A stretch of DNA of 64,000 nucleotides from an uncultured delta proteobacterium (lineage in GTDB: Bacteria > Myxococcota_A > Polyangia > Polyangiales > Polyangiaceae): assembly GCA_963782055.1 (NCBI GenBank), contig CAWAIF010000003.1, positions 5,728,001 through 5,792,000 of the forward strand, given 5' to 3'. Each line of letters starts with the position of its first letter. Position 1 is the stretch's first letter. The notes below the pieces were generated by a model that was not told the origin of the DNA, did not search any database, and was given only the letters and a program-made list of their open reading frames with translations. Shown here in pieces: positions 41,122 through 50,545 of the stretch. A program made the position numbers and the translations under genes.

Positions 41122-42813
41122 ATGGCGCGGCACGAGGGGGCGGCGCCGGACGAAGCCTACGACGTCGTCGTCGTGGGCGGCGGCGTCAACGGCACGGGCG
41201 TGGCGCGCGACCTCGCCCTGCGCGGCCTGCGGGTCGCCCTCTTCGAGCGCCACGACCTCGCCTTCGGCGCGAGCGGCAACAGCAGCGGCATGATCCACGG
41301 CGGGGCGCGCTACCTGCAGTCCAACCCCAGCGTCACCGAGACCTCTTGCCGGGACTCCGGCTACATCCAGCGCATCGCGCCCTTCCTGCTCTTCCGCATC
41401 CCCTTCATCATGCCCGTCGCCGGAGGGGCGAAGGGCCGGGTGATGCTGGAGCTCATCGACGCGTACTTCCGCGCCTACGACGACTACCAGCCGCTCAAGC
41501 GCGGGGAGCGCCACACTCGCCTCGACACCAGCGACATGACGCGCCTCGAGCCGGGGATCGTCGGCCGGTCGAGCGGCGGCATCACCTTCGACGAGTGGGG
41601 GACCGACGGTGCGCGCCTCTGCGTGCTCAACGCCATCGACGCCGGGGAGCACGGCGCGGTGCTCTACCTGCACACCTCGGTCGAGTCGATCGCGACGACC
41701 GGCGAGCCGCTGCCCGCCGGGAGCGGCTTCGGCGACTACGTCGTCACCGGGCGCGACCGCATCACCCGGGACGTGGTGCGCGTGCGGGCGCGAGTGGTGG
41801 TGAACGCGACAGGCGCGTGGGGACCGATCACCGCGGCGCTGGGCGGCCTGCCGGCGGCGCGCGCGCGCGTGCGTCCGGGCAAGGGCATCCACGTGATCTA
41901 CGACCGGCGCCTCTCCAACTACGCCATCAGCGCGGAGGCGATCGACGGGCGACAGGTCTTCGTCATGCCCTGGCAGAACATGACGGTCGTCGGCACCACC
42001 GACGACGACTACTACGGCGACCTGGACGACGTCGTGTCCACCAGCGAGGAGGTTCGCTACCTGGTGCAGGGCGTCGCGCGCGTCTTCCCCTCCATCCGCA
42101 CGGCGCGCGCCATCGGCACCTACGCCGGCGTCCGGCCCACCCTCTACCAGTTCGGCAAGATGGAAGACTCGCTCTCGCGCGAGCACGCCATCGTCGATCA
42201 CGCGGACGACGGGGCGGCGGGCGTCTACTCCATGATCGGCGGCAAGCTGGCGAGCTTCCGTCTCTTCGCGCAGGAGATGACCGATCACATCGCGCGCGAT
42301 CTGGCGCCGAGCACGCGCTGCACCACGCACGAGCGGTTGCTTCCTGGCGGCGAGCGCGTGCCCGACGCGCTGGCGCTCGCCGACTCGTCGGAGATCACGC
42401 CGGTGGCCGCGCGGCGGCTCGTCTACCGGCACGGCTCGCGCGCGCTGCGCGTGGTGCAGCGCTTCGCGCGCGATCCGCAAGAGCGGGAGGTGGTGTGCCC
42501 CTGCGAGCCGGTGCTGGCGGCGGAGGTGCGTCACTCCGTCGTCGCCGAGCACGCGCGCACGGTGGACGACGTGGCGCGGCGAACCCGCCTTGGCCTCGGG
42601 GCGTGCGGGGGTATGCGCTGCGCGGTGCGCTGCGGGCAGATCGTCGCCGAGGAGCTGGGGTTCTCTCCGCGCACCGGGCTGCGGCAGGCGCGAGCCTTCC
42701 TCGAGCGGCAGGCGAAGATGCGCGTCGCGGCGATGGGGCCTGACCAGGCGCGGCAGGAGGCCTTCGCCCTGGCGCACCTGCGCGCGACGCTCGGCGCCGG
42801 CGAGGAGGACTGA
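41122..42813 (+). CDS. glpA: FAD-dependent glycerol-3-phosphate dehydrogenase subunit A-like with C-terminal BFD-like [2Fe-2S] domain, ~563 aa
   Basis: GGGVNGTG, SGMIHGGARYL, VNATGAW, PGKGIH, GTTD, AGVRP, GGKLASFR, CPCE...RRTRLGLGACGGMRC. Confidence 0.88.
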   Translation: MARHEGAAPDEAYDVVVVGGGVNGTGVARDLALRGLRVALFERHDLAFGASGNSSGMIHGGARYLQSNPSVTETSCRDSGYIQRIAPFLLFRIPFIMPVAGGAKGRVMLELIDAYFRAYDDYQPLKRGERHTRLDTSDMTRLEPGIVGRSSGGITFDEWGTDGARLCVLNAIDAGEHGAVLYLHTSVESIATTGEPLPAGSGFGDYVVTGRDRITRDVVRVRARVVVNATGAWGPITAALGGLPAARARVRPGKGIHVIYDRRLSNYAISAEAIDGRQVFVMPWQNMTVVGTTDDDYYGDLDDVVSTSEEVRYLVQGVARVFPSIRTARAIGTYAGVRPTLYQFGKMEDSLSREHAIVDHADDGAAGVYSMIGGKLASFRLFAQEMTDHIARDLAPSTRCTTHERLLPGGERVPDALALADSSEITPVAARRLVYRHGSRALRVVQRFARDPQEREVVCPCEPVLAAEVRHSVVAEHARTVDDVARRTRLGLGACGGMRCAVRCGQIVAEELGFSPRTGLRQARAFLERQAKMRVAAMGPDQARQEAFALAHLRATLGAGEED

Positions 42814-44004
42814 GTGACGCCGCGGGTGATCGTCGTGGGCGGCGGGATCGCGGGCGCGGCGGCGGCGATCACTGCGGCGCGGCGCGGCGCGCGCGTCACC
42901 TGCGTGCCCGGGCGGCCCGGCGCGTCGTCGCTGGCGAGCGGCGCGCTGGACGCCGTCCCCTGGGAGGAGGCGGGAGCGGCCGACGCGCTGGCGCCCTCCG
43001 GCGACGCACGCGCGGTGCTGGACGCGCTCGGCGGCTACGCCCTCGGCGCGTGCCGCCTGCTGGCGACGACGGGGATCTCGCGGCCGGCGGCGGGACGCGA
43101 CGCGGCGTTGCTCGATGTCGCAGGGCTGACCGGCGAGGTGCTGGTGCCGCCAGCGGAGCAACACGGCTGGCACGCCGACACCTTCGCGCAGGCCTGGTCG
43201 ACGGACGCGGCGCTGCGGGCGCGGGGTGTGAGCTTCCGCGCCGGCGCGACGAGCATCCTGCGTCACACCGGCGAGCACGCGATGGCCGACGCCGAGCTCG
43301 CGGCGCTGCACGACGACGCCGAGCGGCTGGGGTGGCTCGCCGGGCGGCTGAAGGAGTCCCTCGCCGCCACCTCGTGCGTCGCGGTAGTCCTGCCGCCGTG
43401 GCTGGGCGTGGAGCGCGCCCGCGCGGCGGAGCTCTCCGCGCGCGTGGGCGCCCCGTGCGGCGAGGCGATGGGCGCACCCGGCGGGCCGGCGGGGCTCCGC
43501 TTCGAGCGCGCGCGCGACCGGGCGCTGCGCGAGGCCGGGGTGGAGACCGTCGCGGGATGGGCGCGACAGATCACGACGAGCGACGAGGGGGCGCAGGTCA
43601 TGCTGGACGGCGACGCGGAGCTGGAGGCGGACGCGGTCGTGCTCGCGACGGGCGGGGTGCTCGCCGGCGGGGTCGACTACGCGCCGGCCGAGGCGGTGCT
43701 CGCCAGGGCGATGCCACCCTCGCCGCGACCTCCCTTCCGGCTGGGCCTGGAGGCGCCGGTGCGGCTGGCGGCGGGCGGCGAGCCGGTGGACGTGCCGGGC
43801 TCGCTCTTCGGCGCCCCGCCGGAGTCGCTCGCCTGGCCGTACCGGCGCCGGCCCGCGCTGGAGCAGGTGGGGGTCCGGGTGGACGCGACCGGGCTCGCGA
43901 CGCCGCGCGTCTTCGCGGCAGGCGACGTGATCGCGGACCGTCCGAGGACATGGCTGGAGGCGGTGGAGAGCGGGGCGCAGGCGGGGAGGGCGGCAGCGCC
44001 GTAG
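42814..44004 (+). CDS. glpB: Anaerobic glycerol-3-phosphate dehydrogenase subunit B-like flavoprotein, 396 aa
   Basis: VVGGGIAG, ASGALD, PAGLRF, VVLATGGVLAGG, GVRVD, VFAAGDVIA. Abuts glpA. Confidence 0.7.
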   Translation: MTPRVIVVGGGIAGAAAAITAARRGARVTCVPGRPGASSLASGALDAVPWEEAGAADALAPSGDARAVLDALGGYALGACRLLATTGISRPAAGRDAALLDVAGLTGEVLVPPAEQHGWHADTFAQAWSTDAALRARGVSFRAGATSILRHTGEHAMADAELAALHDDAERLGWLAGRLKESLAATSCVAVVLPPWLGVERARAAELSARVGAPCGEAMGAPGGPAGLRFERARDRALREAGVETVAGWARQITTSDEGAQVMLDGDAELEADAVVLATGGVLAGGVDYAPAEAVLARAMPPSPRPPFRLGLEAPVRLAAGGEPVDVPGSLFGAPPESLAWPYRRRPALEQVGVRVDATGLATPRVFAAGDVIADRPRTWLEAVESGAQAGRAAAP

Positions 44005-44040
44005 CGGTCCACTCGCCGTACCGCATCCAAGCGGCGTTTG

Positions 44041-45084
44041 TCACCCCGCCAGATACCGCCCGACCGCCCCCGCGATCCACCGGTTCGCCTCGCTGGCCGC
44101 GTCCACCGCGCCGCTCATGTTGAAGAACCCGTGGATCAGCGTCCGCTCACACTTGTATTCTACATGCACCCCCGCGGCCTCCAGCTTCGCCGCGTAGGCC
44201 GCCCCCTCGTCGCGCAGGATGTCGAACCCCGCGGTGACGACCACCGCCGGCGCGAGGCCGGAGAAGTCCTCGTAGAAGAGGGGCGAGGCGCGCGGGTCGG
44301 TGCGCTCGTGCGGACCGTTGAGGTAGCGGTCCTCGTACCAGTGGGTGCGCTCCCCCTCCAGGTAGTAGCCCTGACCGAAGGTGCGGTACGAGGCGTGGGA
44401 GCGCGTCCAGTCGGCGGCCGGGTAGATGAGGACCTGCGCGGTGGGCTGCGGCACGCCGCGCTCCCTGGCCAGGTGACAGAGCACCGCCGAGAGGTTGCCG
44501 CCCGCGCTGTCCCCGCCCACCGCCACGCGCTCGGGATCGACGCCCAGCTCCGCGGCGTGCTCGCGCGCCCACGCGTACGCCGCCAGGGTGTCCAGCGGCG
44601 CGGCCGGGAACATGGCCTCCGGGCCGAGGCGGTACTCCACCGAGAGCACCGCGCAGCGCGCCTGGTGCGCGAGCTCGCGCAGCGCGGCGTCGTGCGAGAC
44701 CACGCTCCCGCAGACGAAGCCGCCGCCGTGGAAGAAGACGAGCAGCCCCGGCCTCGCCGGCGCCGTGGTGGGCACGTAGAGGCGCGCGCGCAGATCGCCC
44801 TCCGCGCCGCCCACGCGCAGATCGCGCTCGCGCGCCATGGGCACCGGCGCGGGCGCCACCGCGGCCACGTCGTGATCCATCTTGTGGCGGGAGGTGGCGA
44901 CGTCCTGCGGCTCCACCAGGCCCATCGCGCGCACCGCGGCGAGCATGAGCTGGAGCTGCGCGTCGAGCTCCTGCCCCTCCACGCGGTGCGGACCGCCGGC
45001 CATCCGCTGCAGCACCGCCCGCGGCAGGCGGACGACCCGGCGGAAGAGCGCGTCGCGCGCCCGGACGGAGAGCGGCCGGCTCAC
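44041..45084 (-). CDS. HSL-family alpha/beta hydrolase (esterase/lipase), 347 aa
   Basis: HGGGF, YRLGPE, GDSAGGNL, FDILRDEG, HGF. GTG start overlaps the upstream stop. Confidence 0.92.
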   Translation of the reverse strand: MSRPLSVRARDALFRRVVRLPRAVLQRMAGGPHRVEGQELDAQLQLMLAAVRAMGLVEPQDVATSRHKMDHDVAAVAPAPVPMARERDLRVGGAEGDLRARLYVPTTAPARPGLLVFFHGGGFVCGSVVSHDAALRELAHQARCAVLSVEYRLGPEAMFPAAPLDTLAAYAWAREHAAELGVDPERVAVGGDSAGGNLSAVLCHLARERGVPQPTAQVLIYPAADWTRSHASYRTFGQGYYLEGERTHWYEDRYLNGPHERTDPRASPLFYEDFSGLAPAVVVTAGFDILRDEGAAYAAKLEAAGVHVEYKCERTLIHGFFNMSGAVDAASEANRWIAGAVGRYLAG

Positions 45085-45845
45085 GCCACCCTCCCGGCGA
45101 AGGCGCGCGTCACGTACTCGAAGACCACACGCCCGTCCTTCTGGTGCTCGTCGAAGATGCGCGCGAGCGCCGCCATCATCGCCGCGTGCTGCGGGTGGCC
45201 CTCCTTCGGCACGTAGGAGGAGGAGAGGGCGCGGCCGAAGAAGCCCTCGCGGCCGAAGGACTGCGCGTTGGGGAAGGTGGCGGTGGCGAGGTCGGGGTGA
45301 CCGAAGAAGGTCTGGATGCGCTCCACGTCCACGTTGCGGTGGTCCACCCGCGCGTAGTCGATCGCGTGCTCTTGCAGCGCCTGCTCGTAGGCGGCGAGCA
45401 AGGGGCTCGTGACCAGGCGCTCGTTCCACACCAGCAGCGCGTGCCCCTCCGGGCGCAGGATGCGCCGGACCTCGCGCCGTGCCCCCGCCGCGTCGAACCA
45501 GTGGAAGGCCTGCGCGGCGACGACCAGATCCACCGAGGCGTCGGGGAGCGTCGTCTGCTCGGCGGTGCCGGCCGCCGAGTGAAAGCGCGCGTGACCGGAG
45601 AGCGCCTCCTCCGCGGCCGCGCGCATCGCGAGGTTGGGCTCGACGGCGAAGACCTCGTTGCCGTGGCCGAGGAAGAGCCGCGCGGAGATGCCGGTGCCCG
45701 ATCCCACGTCGGCGACGACGTCCTGCGCGGTGAGGCCGACGGCTTCTTCCAGCCACCCGAGGAGCGCCGCCGGGTAGCCCGGGCGGTAGCGCACGTAGTC
45801 GCGCACGCGGTCGGAGAAGCGCTCGGTGGAGTCCTTCGCGCTCAT
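45081..45845 (-). CDS. Class I SAM-dependent methyltransferase, 254 aa
   Basis: YVRYRPGYP, DVGSGTG, AVEPN, AQAFHWFD. Confidence 0.92.
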   Translation of the reverse strand: MSAKDSTERFSDRVRDYVRYRPGYPAALLGWLEEAVGLTAQDVVADVGSGTGISARLFLGHGNEVFAVEPNLAMRAAAEEALSGHARFHSAAGTAEQTTLPDASVDLVVAAQAFHWFDAAGARREVRRILRPEGHALLVWNERLVTSPLLAAYEQALQEHAIDYARVDHRNVDVERIQTFFGHPDLATATFPNAQSFGREGFFGRALSSSYVPKEGHPQHAAMMAALARIFDEHQKDGRVVFEYVTRAFAGRVA

Positions 45846-47191
45846 TTCTTCAGGGCGGCGTGCGCGGTGATCTGGTTGCGGAGCAGCTCGTAGCCGACCT
45901 TGAGCACCGCGTCGGAGCCCTTGGTCGGATCCTGCGCCACCTTGTGGGGCTCCAGGTCGTCGGGTGCGCCGCCGTCGGCGTCGTAGGTGATGACGAGGCC
46001 GGCGTCCGGGGCGCCGCCGGTCGCCTCCGGCGCGAGGGCGCCCTGCAGATCGCTCTCGCGCAGCGGCGGGATGTCGCCGGGGTTCTTGCTGGGCTTGACG
46101 ATGACGTCGGGGTGCACGCCGTCGGCCTGGATGGCGTGGCCGCTGGGCGTGTAATAGCGCGCGGTGGTCAGCCGCAGGCCCGCGCCGCCGGGGAGGTCGA
46201 GGATGGACTGCACGCTCCCCTTGCCGAAGGTGCGCACGCCGACGACCGTCGCCCGGTGCTGATCCTGCAGCGCGCCGGTGACCAGCTCCGCGGCGCTGGC
46301 GCTCCACTGGTTGACGAGCACCACCACCGGCACGTCTGCGAGCGCGCCGCCGCCGTGCGCGCTCGACTGCTCGACGACCTGCCCGCGGTGGCGGAGCGTG
46401 TAGATGGTGCCGCCGGTCAGGAACTCGTCGGCCACCGCGGAGGCCTCGTCCACCAGGCCGCCGGGGTTGTTGCGCATGTCCAGCACCACGCCGGCGATGG
46501 GGCCGCCCGCGCGCAGCTTGGCGATGCCGGCGAGCAGCTCGTCGTGCGTCTTGTCCTGGAACTGCTTGAGGCGGATGTACCCCACGTTCCCGTCCAGCCG
46601 CTGCACGTCGACGCTCCCCACGTGGACGATGGCGCGCACCAGGTCGAAGCTGAGCAGGTCGTCGACGTGATCGCGGCGGATGGAGATCTTGACGTGGGTG
46701 CCCGGCGCGCCGCGCATCGTGCGGACGAGCTTGTCCAGGCCGATGCCCGCGATGGTCTGCCCGTCGACGGCGACGATGCGGTCCCCCGACCGGATGCCCG
46801 CCTTCGCCGCGGGCGATCCCTCGATGGGCGCGATCACCGTGACGGTGTCGTTGCGCGCGTCCACCTCCACGCCGATGCCGCCGAACTCGCCCTCGGTGTC
46901 GCTCTGGAAGACCTGGTAGTCCGCGGGCGGCATGTAGCTGGAGTGGGGGTCGAGGCCGTCGACCATCCCCTTGATGGCGCCGTTGACGAGGCGCGTGCGG
47001 TCGACGGGGTCCACGTAGTCGTTCTCCACCTCCACCAGCACGCGGCCGAGCTGGCCCATGGCCGCGTAGGGGCTCGCTGCCTGCGGGCTCGCCTCCGCGG
47101 GTGTGGAGGAGAGCAGGGCGTGGAAGCCGACCCCGCCGGAGAAGGCCAGGACGAGGGCGAGCGGGGCGCGGATGCTTCGCATTGGATCCAT
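45842..47191 (-). CDS. ctpA: Carboxy-terminal processing protease (S41A, PDZ), ~449 aa
   Basis: LDPHSSY, GGIG (PDZ), LDMRNNPGG, SASAAE, TFGKGSVQ, TTARYYTPSG. Confidence 0.93.
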   Translation of the reverse strand: MDPMRSIRAPLALVLAFSGGVGFHALLSSTPAEASPQAASPYAAMGQLGRVLVEVENDYVDPVDRTRLVNGAIKGMVDGLDPHSSYMPPADYQVFQSDTEGEFGGIGVEVDARNDTVTVIAPIEGSPAAKAGIRSGDRIVAVDGQTIAGIGLDKLVRTMRGAPGTHVKISIRRDHVDDLLSFDLVRAIVHVGSVDVQRLDGNVGYIRLKQFQDKTHDELLAGIAKLRAGGPIAGVVLDMRNNPGGLVDEASAVADEFLTGGTIYTLRHRGQVVEQSSAHGGGALADVPVVVLVNQWSASAAELVTGALQDQHRATVVGVRTFGKGSVQSILDLPGGAGLRLTTARYYTPSGHAIQADGVHPDVIVKPSKNPGDIPPLRESDLQGALAPEATGGAPDAGLVITYDADGGAPDDLEPHKVAQDPTKGSDAVLKVGYELLRNQITAHAALKK

Positions 47192-47429
47192 CGCTAGCAC
47201 GCCGCCGGACGCGGGGCCGCCCCTTCCGCCGGTAGCCAGCGGTGAGGGCGGGGCCGAAAAGGCGGCGCGCGATGCGCCCTCGTCAAGGGCTTGCGCACCG
47301 GGGCGCCGATTGTCGTAGGCAGCGTGGAAACATCGCTGGTACTCTCCTCATGTAGTCAATGCTCCCGCCCGCGCGCCCCGCGGGCTACAGTGCCCGCAAG
47401 GGTGGGGAGCTCTTCCGGAGGAGGTCACC

Positions 47430-47675
47430 TTGGCCATCGGAGACAAGGACACGACGAACCGCGGCAGCACCCCCGAAGCTTCCAAGACCGACAAGCGGAA
47501 GCAGAGCCTGTACTTCCCGGAGTCCATGCTCCAGGAGATCAAGGAAGAGGCGGCGCGGCTGGATCGGTCGCTGTCCTGGGTCGTGCAGCGTGCGTGGAAG
47601 ATCTCCCGGCTGGAGATCAAGAAGCTGCCGAGCGTGAACGACGTGGAAGGCGGCGAGGAAGACGACACGGAGTGA
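47430..47675 (+). CDS. TIGR04563 (MXAN_4361/4362)-family small ribbon-helix-helix-like protein, 81 aa
   Basis: TDKRKQSLYFPESMLQEIKEEAARLDRSLSWVVQRAWK signature. TTG start with RBS GGAGGAGG. Confidence 0.85.
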   Translation: MAIGDKDTTNRGSTPEASKTDKRKQSLYFPESMLQEIKEEAARLDRSLSWVVQRAWKISRLEIKKLPSVNDVEGGEEDDTE

Positions 47676-48640
47676 GCTCCGAAACCGCTCGCCGCGGGGG
47701 CGACGCCTCCGCTCGCCGAGGGAGCTCCGAGCCGCCGCCTTCGTCGGGCATCCCGCCGGGTGAAGCGCACGCCTTCGCGAAGGCGGAGGACGGCACTCGT
47801 CTCTTCGTGCGCTCCAAGGAGGGGGCGCACCCGGAGGTCGGGGTGCGCGCCTTTCTGTGCGACGGCATCGTCTGCGACGGCTTCATCTGGAAGTACCTCT
47901 GGGACGACATCGCGCAGGTGATGCCGGTGACGCACTGGCACTACCGCGCGCACGGCCGCAGCGCGGCGCCGGTGGACCCAGACCGCATCGACATCGCGGC
48001 GCACGCCGACGATCTGGCCAGCGTGCGCCGCTTCGTGGGGGACCCGCCGTGCGTCATCGTCGGCCACTCGATGGGCTGCCAGGTGGCGCTGGAGGAGATG
48101 CGCCGCCACCGCGAGAAGGTGCGCGGGCTCATCCTGCTGTGCGGGTCCTACGGGCGGGTGACCAAGACGTTCCGCGGCGTGCCCATCCTGGACGTGCTGC
48201 TGCCGAAGGTCGCCTCGGCGGTGAAGAAGAACCCCGCGCTGGTGCGCGCCTTCTGGGAGCGCATCCCCTCCGACATGGCGCTGAAGGTGGCGCTGAAGGC
48301 CGGGGACCTGGACCCGGAGCACTTCAGCATGGACGACATGCGCCCGTACGTGACGCACATGAAGTCGATGGATCTGACCCTCTTCCTGCGCATGCTCGCG
48401 GCCGCGGGCGAGCACAGCGCGGAGGACCTGCTCCCGGGCATCGACGTGCCCACGCTGATCGTCGCCGGGGAGCGCGACACCTTCACCCCGCCGTTCATGG
48501 CGGAGTGGATGGCCAAGCAGATGCCCAACGTCGATCTCTGCGTGCTCAAGGGCGGCAGCCACGTGGTGCCGCTGGAGCAGCACGACCTGGTCGACGGGAA
48601 GATCGAGACGTTCCTCCGTGAGAAGGTGCTCGCTCCCTGA
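47672..48640 (+). CDS. Alpha/beta fold hydrolase, 322 aa
   Basis: WHYRAHGRS, GHSMG nucleophile elbow, GERDTFTP, GGSH. GTG start coupled to the upstream TGA. Confidence 0.88.
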   Translation: MSSETARRGGDASARRGSSEPPPSSGIPPGEAHAFAKAEDGTRLFVRSKEGAHPEVGVRAFLCDGIVCDGFIWKYLWDDIAQVMPVTHWHYRAHGRSAAPVDPDRIDIAAHADDLASVRRFVGDPPCVIVGHSMGCQVALEEMRRHREKVRGLILLCGSYGRVTKTFRGVPILDVLLPKVASAVKKNPALVRAFWERIPSDMALKVALKAGDLDPEHFSMDDMRPYVTHMKSMDLTLFLRMLAAAGEHSAEDLLPGIDVPTLIVAGERDTFTPPFMAEWMAKQMPNVDLCVLKGGSHVVPLEQHDLVDGKIETFLREKVLAP

Positions 48641-49649
48641 GCTCGCGGGCGTCCTGCTACTTGCAGGATGCACGCATTCCGACGCGCCGAAGGAGGCGCC
48701 CGTCGAGGCCGCGGCCTCGGCCCCGCCGCCGTCGGCGTCGAGCGACCTGAGCTTCATCTTCGCCGATGCGAGCCCGCTGGACGACGCGCCGGACGCGGGC
48801 GACGCCGGCGTCTTCGGCGAGGAGGACCTCGACCCGTACGAGCGGGCCGCGCCGGTGTCGGGCAAGAGCATCGGGCACACCTCGGTGGTGTTCCGGCTGG
48901 GCCTCGCGGGCGGGCTGGTCGCGGCGTACAAGCCGGAGTCGAAGCGGGGGCACCTGCGCTACCGCGGGGAGATCGCCGCGTACCGGCTGGCGCGGGCGCT
49001 CGGGCTCCACAACGTGCCTGCCGCGGTGCCTCGCTCCTTCCCGGAGCCGGCGCTGCGCAGGGCGCTCGGCAAGAACGCGCGCGCGCTCTCCCTCTTCCGG
49101 ACGGAGGAGGTGCCGCACGGCGGGGTGGTGCGCGGGGCGCTGATGCCGTGGATCCCGCACCTGGAGTTCTTGCCGGTGGAGAGCCCGTCGTACCGGGCGC
49201 GCTGGAAGAGGTGGCTGTCGAGCGGCGGGAAGGTGGACGGCGCTGACCGCGGGCTGGCGGCGCAGATCTCCACGATGATCGTGTTCGACACCATCACCGG
49301 CAACTGGGACCGGTGGAGCGGGGCGAACGTGGGGATCGACCGGGCGACGGGGACGCTGCTCTACGTGGACAACGACGGGGCGTTCTTCGACCCCGTGCCG
49401 CAGAAGCCGCTCGCCGCGCAGCTCGCGCTGCTCGCCGGGGTGGACCGCTACTCGCGCGCGCTGGTGACGGCGCTGCGCGCGCTGGACGCGGTGCACCTGG
49501 CGGACGCCTTCGGCGACGAGACGCCCGGGACGCCGCTCTTGCCCGCGCGGGTGGTGGCGGGCGCGGACGCGCGGCGGCAGCAGGTGCTGCACCTCATCGA
49601 AGGGAAGGTGAAGGTGCTCGGCGAGAGCGCGGTGCTGTACTTCGAGTGA
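48618..49649 (+). CDS. Lipoprotein with an atypical kinase-like domain (Fam20/Four-jointed/PI4K-like), 343 aa
   Basis: Lipobox LAGC; AAYKP, EIAAYRL, VFDTITGNWDR, N, LLYVDNDGAF. Confidence 0.65.
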   Translation: MRRCSLPELAGVLLLAGCTHSDAPKEAPVEAAASAPPPSASSDLSFIFADASPLDDAPDAGDAGVFGEEDLDPYERAAPVSGKSIGHTSVVFRLGLAGGLVAAYKPESKRGHLRYRGEIAAYRLARALGLHNVPAAVPRSFPEPALRRALGKNARALSLFRTEEVPHGGVVRGALMPWIPHLEFLPVESPSYRARWKRWLSSGGKVDGADRGLAAQISTMIVFDTITGNWDRWSGANVGIDRATGTLLYVDNDGAFFDPVPQKPLAAQLALLAGVDRYSRALVTALRALDAVHLADAFGDETPGTPLLPARVVAGADARRQQVLHLIEGKVKVLGESAVLYFE

Positions 49650-49653
49650 GCGC

Positions 49654-50421
49654 TCAGGCGGCGCTGGCGTCGCGGCGCAGGCCCATGCGCTCGGCGACGC
49701 CGTCGCGGTAGCGGTGCCACGACCAGAGGGCGCGCTCGCACGTGGACACGACGGCGCGGAAGAGATCGCCCTCGTCCGGCACGTGGTCGAGGACGACGCG
49801 CCACGCGTCGTGACGGTGGCCGCCCTCCACCTGGGCGTGCGCGCGCGTGAGCTGCATCGCCTCCGGCTTGCAGCCGTAGTGGGCGACGAGCGGGTGCTTG
49901 CGGACGGCGTCCTCGCCCTTCGCGCGGACGAAGGTGCCGGCGAGCTCGGCGCGCTCGTTGCGGCTGCCCTCGACGAAGATGGTCGCCAGCGCGGCGGCGG
50001 CCTGCCAGGGCGCGGCGGCGGTCGCCTCGCGGAGCAGATCGCGGTACGCGCGCGCCGCGGGGTGGAGCTCCACGACGCCCTCGGCGAAGTCGGCGCGGGA
50101 GAAGCCCAGGCCCTCCATCATGCGCAGGAAGAGCTCGGGGTGCGGGCCGCTGCGCGACAGGCCGCCGGTCTGCTCCTCGTAGATGTTCTCGGCGAGGGCG
50201 GCGCGCACGTCGGGCAGCGGGGGCGTCTGGCCGAGGACGCGGGCGAGCAGCGCGGGGAAGTCGCGGACGTAGACCTGGTACTCGTGCTGGAAGTGGACGA
50301 GGAGCTGCGCGCGCGACAGGCCGGGCCGGGTGAGGGCGGGGTACGCCCAGTGGTCCTTCTGGTCCATGATCGCCAGGAGGCGGTCGGCGAGCAGGCGGTC
50401 GAGGGAGAGCGGCGAGGCCAT
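49654..50421 (-). CDS. Heme-oxygenase-like diiron enzyme (PqqC/TenA/CADD family), 255 aa
   Basis: YVRDFP, ENIYEEQTG, HPELF, FVEG, HAQVEGGH, which supply candidate metal ligands. Confidence 0.8.
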   Translation of the reverse strand: MASPLSLDRLLADRLLAIMDQKDHWAYPALTRPGLSRAQLLVHFQHEYQVYVRDFPALLARVLGQTPPLPDVRAALAENIYEEQTGGLSRSGPHPELFLRMMEGLGFSRADFAEGVVELHPAARAYRDLLREATAAAPWQAAAALATIFVEGSRNERAELAGTFVRAKGEDAVRKHPLVAHYGCKPEAMQLTRAHAQVEGGHRHDAWRVVLDHVPDEGDLFRAVVSTCERALWSWHRYRDGVAERMGLRRDASAA

Positions 50422-50545
50422 GCCCCGATCGTGACAGCCGGGGGCGCGGGCGTCACCTTTTCGGCGACCCCCGCAGGGATCAACCCGGCGCGACCGTAGC
50501 GCGAGGCTCCCTCGACTTCTGCACCTCTCGCGATGAGTATACGTC

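Noticed and set aside
38409..43311. 1,444-aa (+) and 1,224-aa (-) ORFs
   Set aside because: Off-frame concatenations across real genes with Arg/Ala/Gly-rich composition.
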